A stretch of 43,103 bases of DNA from assembly GCA_947627395.1 (NCBI GenBank), contig CANQVW010000002.1, forward strand, positions 1 to 43,103, read 5' to 3'. The notes under the pieces were generated by a model. It had not been told where the DNA came from. It made no database searches and saw nothing but the letters and a program-made list of their open reading frames with translations. The DNA comes from an uncultured Bacilli bacterium (GTDB lineage: Bacteria; Bacillota_I; Bacilli_A; ML615J-28; CAG-698). Below, piece after piece: positions 28,882 to 38,791 of the stretch; the stretch's first letter is position 1, and each line of letters starts with the position of its first letter. Position numbers and translations under genes: made by a program.

Positions 28882-29934
28882 ATGAAATTAATACTTGGTT
28901 CACAATCTCCAAGAAGAAAAGAAATATTAGAAATGGCAGGATATACTTTCGAAGTAAGAGTAAGTCATGTCGATGAAAATGTTGTTTCTATTTTCCCTGA
29001 AGATAAAGTAAAAAATATTGCGAAAAAGAAATGTGAAGCTCTTTTTTCAAATTGTGGGGATGATGAAGTTATTCTTTGTGCCGATACGATTGTTGTAATA
29101 GATCATGCTATTTTGGAAAAACCAAAAGATAAAGAAGATGCAAGAAAAATGATTGAAACATTACAAGGAAGAACGCACACAGTCTATACAGCAGTTTATA
29201 TTAAGAGTAAAGAAAGAGAAGAAAACTTTTTAGAATCTACCTTGGTTTCTGTTTTACCAATGAGTTCAAAAGAAATTGAAAATTACATATCTACAGAAGA
29301 ACCTTACGATAAAGCAGGGGCATATGCAATTCAAGGAATATTTTCAAAATATATCTCTAAAATTCAAGGAGATTATTATAATGTAATGGGACTTCCAATT
29401 GCGAAAGTCCATCAAACATTAAAGAAATTCTTTGGCGAAGAAGATATAACACCATTCAATCTTCAAATCAAAAGTTATCCTGTTATTTGTAAAAAATGTG
29501 GAAAAGAAAATAATTCCACAAGTCGTTTTTGTATGTATTGTGGGGATTCTTTATCTTTACAAAAAGTAAAGGATGGAACAACTGTCATTTGTCCTGTCTG
29601 TGGGAAAGAACAAACTTTAACAGATGAATATTGTTCATCTTGTGGATTTAATTTAAAAGATGGATTTCAGCCAGAAGCAAAAAATCAAGTAAGAGATGGT
29701 TCAAAAGATCGTCTATCACTAGTATCTATGATTTTGGGAATTGCCAGTATTCTTGTTAACTTTATGATTATGTTTTCAGGAATCTTTTTAGGAATTGTTG
29801 CCATTGTTTTAGCAGTAATAAGCATGAGAAAAGGAGATAAAGTGAAATCTACGATTGGACTTATCACAGGTATTTTGGGGACTTTTTTGACTGGATTTCT
29901 TTTATATATTCTGTTTTTGCTCTTTTCTCTTTGA
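28882..29934 (+). CDS. maf: Maf nucleotide pyrophosphatase fused to two zinc ribbons and a C-terminal membrane anchor
   Basis: LILGSQSPRRKEIL...CADTIV...KAGAYAIQG is the Maf part. CKKCG..x10..CMYCG and CPVCG..x9..CSSCG are the zinc ribbons. The last ~75 aa are hydrophobic. ATG 28882 follows AGGTGA and lies downstream of an extended -10 at 28854-28862. Confidence 0.8.
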   Translation: MKLILGSQSPRRKEILEMAGYTFEVRVSHVDENVVSIFPEDKVKNIAKKKCEALFSNCGDDEVILCADTIVVIDHAILEKPKDKEDARKMIETLQGRTHTVYTAVYIKSKEREENFLESTLVSVLPMSSKEIENYISTEEPYDKAGAYAIQGIFSKYISKIQGDYYNVMGLPIAKVHQTLKKFFGEEDITPFNLQIKSYPVICKKCGKENNSTSRFCMYCGDSLSLQKVKDGTTVICPVCGKEQTLTDEYCSSCGFNLKDGFQPEAKNQVRDGSKDRLSLVSMILGIASILVNFMIMFSGIFLGIVAIVLAVISMRKGDKVKSTIGLITGILGTFLTGFLLYILFLLFSL

Positions 29935-30046
29935 TTAAATTGTATTTTAAAGAATAGATTCAATAAGCGGTTTGATGATTTTCAAGCTGCTTTTTTTATG
30001 TTGAATTTAACAAATTAAAAGATTTAGAAAGATTTACCTAAAATCC

Positions 30047-30074
30047 CGTTAATTTTATACCTATGTAAAAAGAG
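30047..30074. repeat. IS terminal inverted repeat (left)
   Basis: CCTAAAATCCCGTTAATTTTATACCTAT. Confidence 0.9.
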
Positions 30075-30077
30075 AGA

Positions 30078-31727
30078 CTATTGATTCAAGATAGTCTCTC
30101 TTATTTCATTTTCAGTAATTGATAAAGCCGATAATATTTTCTTTTGGGCTGCACTTATTGGTGTTATAGTTTGATGATTATTTTCGTATGTATAAATCTT
30201 TATTTTTCTTAATTCTTTTATTACTTCTTTATATGTATATTCTTTAGTTAATTTAGCTTTTCTCAATGCTTTTCTTATATATGATATATAAATTAGACTT
30301 AAAAAAACTAAAAAGATTTTTCCATTCATTGCATCATCACTATGAATATTTAATCGATTTAAATCGATTTCATTTTTGATATCATCAAATGCATTTTCTG
30401 CGACTTCTTTATTTCGATATAATGTTAATATTTCTTCACTTGTTTTACTATAATCATTTGTTATTATTAATAAATATCCTTTGGTCTTTAGGGCTTTTTG
30501 GACTTTTTCTTTGTTTAATTTATAATCTATGGTTTGACATTTTATTTTTTGATTGGTTTTATCTTTTATTTCAATTTCTCTTTCTTCAATATCATAATAA
30601 GTTCCATATTGTACTTTAATATGCCCTATCTCTTCACTTGTGTATTTTACTAATAATGGTGTTTCTTGTTGCCTCTTTACTTTTTCTAAACTTTCTTTGA
30701 TGTTTTGAATTTTGATATTTAGTTCTGTTTCTTCATTTGCTTTTCTTACCGTATCATAATATATATGAATATTTAATGTCCGATTCCCTTGTTGATATTC
30801 TATTTGTTTATAATAACATTTATGTAGACTAGAATAATACTCTGGATCATTTATTTCTTTGTTTTCTTCTAATATTTTCTTAGCCCAACTTCCTGTAAAG
30901 GGAACTGCGATAGTAAAAATATGATTATTATCATATAAATAACTATTGTTTACACTACTATAAAATCCTTTATCCATCACAAATTTACACTTCTTAATGT
31001 TCATATCATGTAACCCTACTAATAGTTGTTCAATGGTTCTCACATCTTTTATGCTTCCATTAAATATTTGATAATATAGTGGTATTTGTGATTCTTCACC
31101 ATATAATAACCCTAAATTAATTTGGGGTAAATTTTCTTTATCCCGATTATATCCCAACTCTACTCTTTCTATTTGTTTGGAATAACTTGAGATACTTGTT
31201 ATATCATAGGCTAAATATTCATTGTCTTTGATATTTTTTATCCATTCTTCAAAGAAAATATTCATTTTCCCAAAACTAATTTTTTTTAATAATTCACTAA
31301 TTCTTTGACTAGTTAATATTTTATTAAGATATGGATTATATGTTTCTTCTTGCCATTTGGGTAATAAATATAAATTACTTCCCTCACAGGCTATACCATA
31401 TGCAAGGGTTAATATTTCATTAGCTTTATCTAAAAAGGCTAATTCTAAGATATTCTTTAAATTCAATTGTTTTGTAATCATATCTAAAACATAAAATGTT
31501 CCGTATGAGGCATCTTTTTTTACTAAAACTAATTTTTCTATTGTATTAGTTTTAGGCTTTATTTCTTTTGTTTCTTCATTTAATATGCCTAGATATCTTC
31601 TTTTATTAAGAGGTTTTTTAGATTGTTTATCATAAAAAGTATACCCTTCATAAACATAAGTCTTGCCATTACGTTTAATATAAACATAATGAGTTTTTTT
31701 ATTTTCAGGATTAAAAGTATTATTCAT
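30078..31727 (-). CDS. DDE transposase (IS4 superfamily, IS1634-like)
   Basis: LAYDITSI (D), FVMDKGFYS (D), and LYRNKEVAENAFDDIK, which fits the Y-x2-[RK]-x3-E-x6-K signature. ATG 31727 sits 6 nt after AGGAG; TTG 31733 is the ORF-track start. Confidence 0.88.
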   Translation of the reverse strand: MNNTFNPENKKTHYVYIKRNGKTYVYEGYTFYDKQSKKPLNKRRYLGILNEETKEIKPKTNTIEKLVLVKKDASYGTFYVLDMITKQLNLKNILELAFLDKANEILTLAYGIACEGSNLYLLPKWQEETYNPYLNKILTSQRISELLKKISFGKMNIFFEEWIKNIKDNEYLAYDITSISSYSKQIERVELGYNRDKENLPQINLGLLYGEESQIPLYYQIFNGSIKDVRTIEQLLVGLHDMNIKKCKFVMDKGFYSSVNNSYLYDNNHIFTIAVPFTGSWAKKILEENKEINDPEYYSSLHKCYYKQIEYQQGNRTLNIHIYYDTVRKANEETELNIKIQNIKESLEKVKRQQETPLLVKYTSEEIGHIKVQYGTYYDIEEREIEIKDKTNQKIKCQTIDYKLNKEKVQKALKTKGYLLIITNDYSKTSEEILTLYRNKEVAENAFDDIKNEIDLNRLNIHSDDAMNGKIFLVFLSLIYISYIRKALRKAKLTKEYTYKEVIKELRKIKIYTYENNHQTITPISAAQKKILSALSITENEIRETILNQ

Positions 31728-31735
31728 AAGCAACT

Positions 31736-31766
31736 CCTATATAGGTATATTATATACCTATATAGG
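31736..31766. repeat. 31-bp perfect palindrome abutting the transposase RBS
   Basis: CCTATATAGGTATAT-T-ATATACCTATATAGG. It repeats the TATACCTAT motif found at the inner ends of both IRs. Confidence 0.85.
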
Positions 31767-31850
31767 TTAAATGTCAATCATTATACATATAAAAAACCTA
31801 ATATAACAATAAAACACCCATTTATTTGGTGCTTTAATGGGTGCTTTTAT

Positions 31851-31878
31851 ATAGGTATAAAGTATTCGGGATTTTAGG
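31851..31878. repeat. IS terminal inverted repeat (right)
   Basis: ATAGGTATAAAGTATTCGGGATTTTAGG is the reverse complement of the left end at 24/28 positions. Confidence 0.9.
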
Positions 31879-31938
31879 GATTTATTTTTATAACATTCTT
31901 AATCAATTGAAAAAATTTTTAAAAAATAGTTTAAACAC

Positions 31939-31986
31939 TTGACAATAATTCGAAATAGAATTATAATTAAAATACGAAATAGGATT
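31939..31986 (+). promoter_or_regulatory. consensus promoter with two operator-like 15-mers
   Basis: TTGACA (31939-44), 17 nt, TATAAT (31962-67). ATTCGAAATAGAATT (31948-62) and ATACGAAATAGGATT (31972-86) match at 13/15 and start 24 bp apart. Confidence 0.6.
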
Positions 31987-32058
31987 TTAATTAAAAAAAT
32001 GGAGCAGATCTATTAGTAGAAGATACTGTTAAAAGAATATCATTTTGTGAGGTACAAC

Positions 32059-32352
32059 ATGGCATTAATCATAAATATTTATTACACAGGAACAAATGGA
32101 AGTGCAAAAAAATTTGCGGAAGAAATGATAGCAAGTGGATTGGTAGATAAGATTCGAGCTGAAGAAGGAAACTTACGATATGATTATTTTCTTCCATTAG
32201 AGGATAGTGAAACATTACTTCTCATTGATGCATGGGAAAGCAAGGAAGCACTTGATTTTCATCACAAGAGTCCAATGATGAAGGAGATTGCAACACTAAG
32301 GGAGAAATATCATCTTAAAATGCATGTGCAAAAATTTAATGAAATCATTTGA
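32059..32352 (+). CDS. ABM (antibiotic biosynthesis monooxygenase-like) domain protein
   Basis: ~97 aa with a ferredoxin-like ABM pattern (LLLIDAWESKEALDFHHKSPMM). ATG 32059 follows GAGGT; GTG 32047 is the ORF-track start. Confidence 0.7.
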   Translation: MALIINIYYTGTNGSAKKFAEEMIASGLVDKIRAEEGNLRYDYFLPLEDSETLLLIDAWESKEALDFHHKSPMMKEIATLREKYHLKMHVQKFNEII

Positions 32353-32370
32353 ATGAAGGGAGAAATAAAA

Positions 32371-33918
32371 ATGAAAAGAATAAAATGGATTTCTTTTATG
32401 ATTGTAATCTTATGTTGTTTGGGACTTATATTTTCAGGATGTAACAAGACAAAAGAAAATCATCAGGAAAAAAATGATATGGATACATATTACACTATAA
32501 CTTTTGATAGTCAAGGTGGAAGTTTAGTAGAAAGTGAACAGGTACTAAAAGGAAATCTTGCCAAAGTTCCCTCATCTCCTACAAAAGAGAGCTTTGACTT
32601 TCAAGGTTGGTATCGTTCGATAGAGGAAAATGCAACAAGATGGAATTTTTCAATCGATCGAGTCTACGAAAATATTACGTTATATGCTCATTGGACTTTA
32701 AAAGAAAAAGCACCAACAGTAAGCAATACACTTACGTATGAACAAAACACATCAAAAACGGGATATATTGTTACAGGAGATAGTGGACAAGCACCAACGA
32801 TTGTTATTCCAGAAGAATATAATGGTAAACCTGTCGTTGGAATTGCCGATAGTGCATTTGCTTATTCACGTCATACTTCTGAGATTCATTCAATATCCAT
32901 TCCAGACAGTGTGACAGAAATTGGTAAAAATGCATTTCATAATCAAGATGCATTAGTTTCTGTGAATATTAGCACAACAAGCAAGCTTGAAAAGATAGGT
33001 AATAATGCCTTTTCAGGAAACAGCGCTCTAGAATCTATTTATCTTCCCCAAAATTTTATTGATTTAGGAGAGGATGTGTTTAATAATTGTGGTGGTTTAA
33101 ATACCATTGTGGTTGATATGGAAAATAGCCATTATTCTAGTTCAGGAAATTGTCTAATTGATCTTGAAACAAATACATTACTTCGTGGAAGTAATCAAAG
33201 TGTCATTCCCGAAATAGTTAAAAAAATTGGTGTTGCCGCATTTCGAAAAGCAAAGCTTACAACTCTAACAATTCCAACATCCATTACTTCCATTGAAAAA
33301 TATGCAATTTCAGATAGTGCAATTACAAAAATCATATATAATGTCACTACTGAAGAATGGGAAAATGTTATTCATTCATCTTCTAAGTATTGGAATATGG
33401 GAAAGGAAAATATAGAAATTACTTGTTTAAATCATGTTGAAACAATGCATGTTCTTGTTGCCTACTTTTCCGCAACAGGAACAACAAAACAGATTGCGGA
33501 AATAATATCTTCTCTTACAGGTGGAGATTTATATGAAATAGTGCCAATAGAACCCTATACGAAAGAGGATCTTAATTACAGTTCCTCTTGCCGTTGTAAT
33601 GATGAACAAAATAATCCATTAGCTCGACCTTTAATCAAAGGAACAGTAGACACCATGGAAATTTATGATGTTGTTTTCCTGGGGTATCCTATTTGGTGGG
33701 GCAAGGCACCAAAAATTATTTATACTTTCCTTGAAAGTTACGAATTTGTTGGAAAAAAGATTGTTCCATTTTGCACTTCAGGCAGTAGCCCAATTAGTGG
33801 AAGTCTACCTGACATACAAGCGATAGCAAATGATGCAACATGGCTTTCTAGTAGACGTTTTTCAAGTGGGACAGAAGTAGGAGTAATTCAATCTTGGTTG
33901 GATAGTTTAACGTATTAA
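32371..33918 (+). CDS. surface lipoprotein: Listeria-Bacteroides repeat + BspA-type leucine-rich repeats + C-terminal flavodoxin domain
   Basis: Signal peptide with lipobox MKRIKWISFMIVILCCLGLIFSGC. YTITFDSQGGS...FQGWY...LYAHW is the Flg_new-type repeat. Repeated IPxSVTxIGxxAFxxC/N units are the LRR_5 type. The C-terminus has VLVAYFSATGTTKQIAE...FLGYPIWWG...VPFCTSGSS (flavodoxin). Confidence 0.8.
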   Translation: MKRIKWISFMIVILCCLGLIFSGCNKTKENHQEKNDMDTYYTITFDSQGGSLVESEQVLKGNLAKVPSSPTKESFDFQGWYRSIEENATRWNFSIDRVYENITLYAHWTLKEKAPTVSNTLTYEQNTSKTGYIVTGDSGQAPTIVIPEEYNGKPVVGIADSAFAYSRHTSEIHSISIPDSVTEIGKNAFHNQDALVSVNISTTSKLEKIGNNAFSGNSALESIYLPQNFIDLGEDVFNNCGGLNTIVVDMENSHYSSSGNCLIDLETNTLLRGSNQSVIPEIVKKIGVAAFRKAKLTTLTIPTSITSIEKYAISDSAITKIIYNVTTEEWENVIHSSSKYWNMGKENIEITCLNHVETMHVLVAYFSATGTTKQIAEIISSLTGGDLYEIVPIEPYTKEDLNYSSSCRCNDEQNNPLARPLIKGTVDTMEIYDVVFLGYPIWWGKAPKIIYTFLESYEFVGKKIVPFCTSGSSPISGSLPDIQAIANDATWLSSRRFSSGTEVGVIQSWLDSLTY

Positions 33919-33992
33919 AAATATCGTCTAACAAAATGAAGAAGGATTAAAAATCAAGGAATAAGGTATTATCAATATTAAAAGATAAATAA

Positions 33993-34025
33993 AAACAGCG
34001 AGGAAATATCTTCGCTGTTTTAGTA
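33993..34025. terminator. bidirectional terminator between convergent genes
   Basis: 9-bp stem AAACAGCGA/TCGCTGTTT flanked by A- and T-runs. Confidence 0.75.
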
Positions 34026-34045
34026 TTTTCACGTGATTTTAATAA

Positions 34046-35062
34046 TTACAAACAATAAGCAATTAATAATTTTAATGTATTTTCAACTGCATCTATATGT
34101 GTTCTTTCCATTCCATGACTAGCACAAATACCAGGACCAATAAGAGCTCCTTTGATGTTATTTCCTCCTTTTAAAGCAGCAGAAACATCAGATGAATAAT
34201 ATGGATAAATATCAACAGCATATTGTAAATGATTTTCTTTCGCAAGTTGAATTAATTTAGAAGTCATTTGATAATCATATGGACCAGTACCATCTTTAGC
34301 ACAAATAGAAACATCATATTCAGTACAACTTAAATCTTTACCAATACATCCCATATCTACCGCAAGTAATTCATCACATTCAAAGACATAGGAAGAACCA
34401 AAGCCACATTCTTCGAATGTTGAAAACATGAGTTTTAAAGTTTTATTTGGTAGGATTTGATGTGTTGATAAATGTTCTAACAAACCAAATAAAATGGCAC
34501 AACTCATTTTATCATCTAAAAATCTTGATTTAATAAATCCATTTTTTGTTATTTGTGTTTTAGGATCAATGGCAATATAATCCCCATTTTGAATTCCAAG
34601 TTTCATGACATCTTCTTTATTTCGTACCACTTCATCTAAACGAATATGCATATGATCTTCATCTCTCACTAAAGAAGTGGAATCTTTGTAAACATGAATG
34701 GCTGGTGCATCAGATAAAACAGTCCCTGTATAGACTAAATGATCTCTTGTATAAATTTTACAGTATTCACCATCATATGTTGGAAGAATAGGACTACCTA
34801 CTTTTGTAAATCTTAGTGTTCCATCATGATCAATGGAGCGAACCATTAAACCTAAAGTATCTACATGAGAAGTAATTCCCATTACGGATGAACTTTTTCC
34901 AGGAACTAAAACAATTAAATTTCCTTTTTTATTTCTTTGGGTTTCATATCCTAATTCATGAGCTTCCTTTTCTAAAAAAGAAATGACTTGCTCTGTATAT
35001 CCACTTGGACTATCAATATCTAAAATTTTCTTTACCATATTTAAAACATATTCTTTATTCAT
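34046..35062 (-). CDS. M42 family metallopeptidase
   Basis: GITSHVDTLG, DDKMSC, FSTFEECGFGSS, AVDMG and ASHGMERTH metal-ligand motifs. AAGGAG RBS. The start overlaps the hslO stop by 8 nt. Confidence 0.88.
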   Translation of the reverse strand: MNKEYVLNMVKKILDIDSPSGYTEQVISFLEKEAHELGYETQRNKKGNLIVLVPGKSSSVMGITSHVDTLGLMVRSIDHDGTLRFTKVGSPILPTYDGEYCKIYTRDHLVYTGTVLSDAPAIHVYKDSTSLVRDEDHMHIRLDEVVRNKEDVMKLGIQNGDYIAIDPKTQITKNGFIKSRFLDDKMSCAILFGLLEHLSTHQILPNKTLKLMFSTFEECGFGSSYVFECDELLAVDMGCIGKDLSCTEYDVSICAKDGTGPYDYQMTSKLIQLAKENHLQYAVDIYPYYSSDVSAALKGGNNIKGALIGPGICASHGMERTHIDAVENTLKLLIAYCL

Positions 35063-35093
35063 TTTTTATCTCCTTGATGAGTTGTTTAATCTC
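35049..35093. repeat. copy A of a 45-bp exact inverted duplication (native hslO 3' end / M42 peptidase 5' start junction)
   Basis: The reverse complement is identical to 39216-39260 (45/45). Confidence 0.95.
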
Positions 35094-35924
35094 TAATTCA
35101 TTAAATAAATACTTTTCTCCACAATAATGACAGACTGTTTCAATTTGATGATCTTCTTGAATGATTTCTTCTAAATTATGAGTTCCTAAAGTAATCAAAG
35201 CTTTTCTAAAGTTTTCTTTTGAACAAGGACAAGAAAAAGAAACTGGAATGGTTTCTAATATTTCATAATCCTCATGGAAAAGAAAACTTAAAATATCAGA
35301 TAAAGAACTAGATCTCATTTGTTCTCTAAAATCATTTAATAATGGAACAAGCTTTTCTAAAGTAGAAATGGTATCTTCACTGGCATTGGGTAGTAATTGT
35401 ATTACTAAACCACCAGAAATAGAAGCCAAATTATTTGTTTCTACTTCAATGCTTAAACAAACAATGGATTTTGTTTGTTCACTTTCATAAAAATAGTAGG
35501 TAAAATCTTTCGCAATATCTCCTGTAATTTCAATACTAGAAGTAAACAAATCTTTTAACTTTAAATCTTTAATCACATCCATCATTCCATGATTTCCCAA
35601 AGTCATTTCATCATTTAATCCTCCACGATTATTGACAAAATGAACATGAGGATGATCCACATATCCTCGAACAGTTCCCCTAGATGTTGCATCTACTACC
35701 ACATTGCCTATATATCCATTGCCATTTAGTTTTATTGTGATTGCCGCATCATTTTTTAACATCGCACCCATAATGGAAGCCATTGTTAAAACTTTGCCTA
35801 GAACAGAAGTTGCAGATGGCCATAAGTCATGTTTTACTACAGCTGTATTTACAGTATTTAAAGTATTTGCAATATAAACACGTACTTGTTTATTTAAAGC
35901 AAGTGCTTTGATTAATTGATCCAT
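35055..35924 (-). CDS. hslO: redox-regulated chaperone Hsp33
   Basis: C-terminal zinc centre CPCSKENF...CHYCGEKY. AAGGAG RBS. Confidence 0.92.
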   Translation of the reverse strand: MDQLIKALALNKQVRVYIANTLNTVNTAVVKHDLWPSATSVLGKVLTMASIMGAMLKNDAAITIKLNGNGYIGNVVVDATSRGTVRGYVDHPHVHFVNNRGGLNDEMTLGNHGMMDVIKDLKLKDLFTSSIEITGDIAKDFTYYFYESEQTKSIVCLSIEVETNNLASISGGLVIQLLPNASEDTISTLEKLVPLLNDFREQMRSSSLSDILSFLFHEDYEILETIPVSFSCPCSKENFRKALITLGTHNLEEIIQEDHQIETVCHYCGEKYLFNELEIKQLIKEIKNE

Positions 35925-36073
35925 ATTTTACTCCTTTTATCTTAATTAGTATATCACAAAAATAAAAAAAAACAATGAAAAAACAATTTATACTTAACGA
36001 ATTTAAAAAATTATGATATAATAATTGAAGTGTTTCAAACGAAACATAGTTTATAAAAAAAGAAAGGTTTATT

Positions 36074-36691
36074 ATGGAAAAAATAGTTTCAAAAACGAAA
36101 TATAATCGAAAGCAACATAAACAATTTTATTTATTTCATTTGTTACATCGCTCAGCAACCATATGGTTACTCACTGTTATATCAGGAATTATGCTTGTAC
36201 TTGCAGTATATAATACCATTCAAAAAAATAATAATTTAGCATTTTCTTGGATTGCTTTTGCTTTTACCGCAATCTTAACTCCTTTGATGATTTTATCTAG
36301 AGTGAATGGTGTTGTAAAACAAGAAACTCCAGAAAGAATTAAATCAACGGACACTATTGAAATCACAAAAGAAAAGTTGGTTCGAAGCAATGATGTTTTG
36401 CAAGGGAAAGCTGTTATTGGATGGAATAATATTAGTTTAATTTGTGAGAACGATCGTTATTTTTATATTTATACTACAGATACAACAGGCATTTTTGTTG
36501 TAAAAGAGGATATTATTGAAGGAAGTGTTGAGCAGTTACGTAAACTTGCTTTAAGTCATTTACCTGTCGATAAAAAAGGAAATCCAGTATATAAATATTA
36601 TGGACAAGTTAAAAAAGAATATAAAGCAAAGAAAAGAATAGAGAAAAAGCAAAGAAAAGAAGCAAAGAAAAAACAAGAAAAGAAGGCATAA
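36074..36691 (+). CDS. YcxB-like membrane protein with a Lys-rich tail
   Basis: Two TM helices after a basic N-terminus, then a ~90-aa soluble domain and a KKEYKAKKRIEKKQRKEAKKKQEKKA tail. The family call is tentative. Confidence 0.55.
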   Translation: MEKIVSKTKYNRKQHKQFYLFHLLHRSATIWLLTVISGIMLVLAVYNTIQKNNNLAFSWIAFAFTAILTPLMILSRVNGVVKQETPERIKSTDTIEITKEKLVRSNDVLQGKAVIGWNNISLICENDRYFYIYTTDTTGIFVVKEDIIEGSVEQLRKLALSHLPVDKKGNPVYKYYGQVKKEYKAKKRIEKKQRKEAKKKQEKKA

Positions 36692-36693
36692 AG

Positions 36694-37221
36694 ATGTTAG
36701 AAGATTATAAAAAATGGTATGCCAGAAAAGAAGATTTCTTAAATCATTTATTTCATCATAATTCTATTTTATTTCATCGTTTTGAAAATGTTATTAAAGT
36801 TTTAAACTTTATTGAAACTTTAAGTGAAGAAGAAATGAATGAAGATTATGAAGTTATTTTTGATTGTGGTTATTCTTATCTTTTTTCAACGATTTCTGAG
36901 ATGGAACTTTATTTAGAAAAATATTTTCATCAAAATTTCCATCGCTTTTTAGAATATGAACTGATCATCAATTATAGTTTTTATTTGAGTGAATTAAAAG
37001 CTGTATTAGAAGAATATGAAGTTTTTACATCAGATGTACAAAAAGAATTTAATCAAGTGTTAGAAGAAATTGATGATATTGTTTCCCATAAAAAGAAATT
37101 TACAGAAGAACTTGTTGCTTCTTATGATGCAAGAATTTTATCCACGTTTGCTTATTCTAAAGATTACATTACAACACCAGAAGTATTCGATAGAATTGCA
37201 GAAGAATTACAAGTCTGTTAA
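36694..37221 (+). CDS. hypothetical acidic helical protein
   Basis: 175-codon ORF starting 2 nt after the previous stop and followed by a bidirectional terminator. No family recognised. Confidence 0.55.
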   Translation: MLEDYKKWYARKEDFLNHLFHHNSILFHRFENVIKVLNFIETLSEEEMNEDYEVIFDCGYSYLFSTISEMELYLEKYFHQNFHRFLEYELIINYSFYLSELKAVLEEYEVFTSDVQKEFNQVLEEIDDIVSHKKKFTEELVASYDARILSTFAYSKDYITTPEVFDRIAEELQVC

Positions 37222-37255
37222 AAAAATGTAGCCTAAATTAGACTACATTTTTCTT

Positions 37256-37256
<1 letters not shown>
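37222..37256. terminator. bidirectional terminator between convergent genes
   Basis: 9-bp stem AAAATGTAG/CTACATTTT flanked by A6 and T-runs. Confidence 0.75.
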
Positions 37257-38767
<1,511 letters not shown>

Positions 38768-38782
38768 TTATCTATACAAAGT

Positions 38783-38791
38783 ATTATATCA
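38783..38791 (-). promoter_or_regulatory. extended -10 element upstream of lysS
   Basis: The minus strand reads TGATATAAT about 30 nt upstream of ATG 38752. Confidence 0.4.

Larger units (their letters stand above)
30047..31878 (-). mobile_element. intact insertion sequence, 1832 bp, IS4 superfamily (IS1634-like)
   Basis: Terminal inverted repeats of 28 nt match at 24/28 positions, extendable to ~34 nt. They are flanked by direct repeats GATTTA (30041-30046 and 31879-31884). There is a single transposase ORF. Confidence 0.9.
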
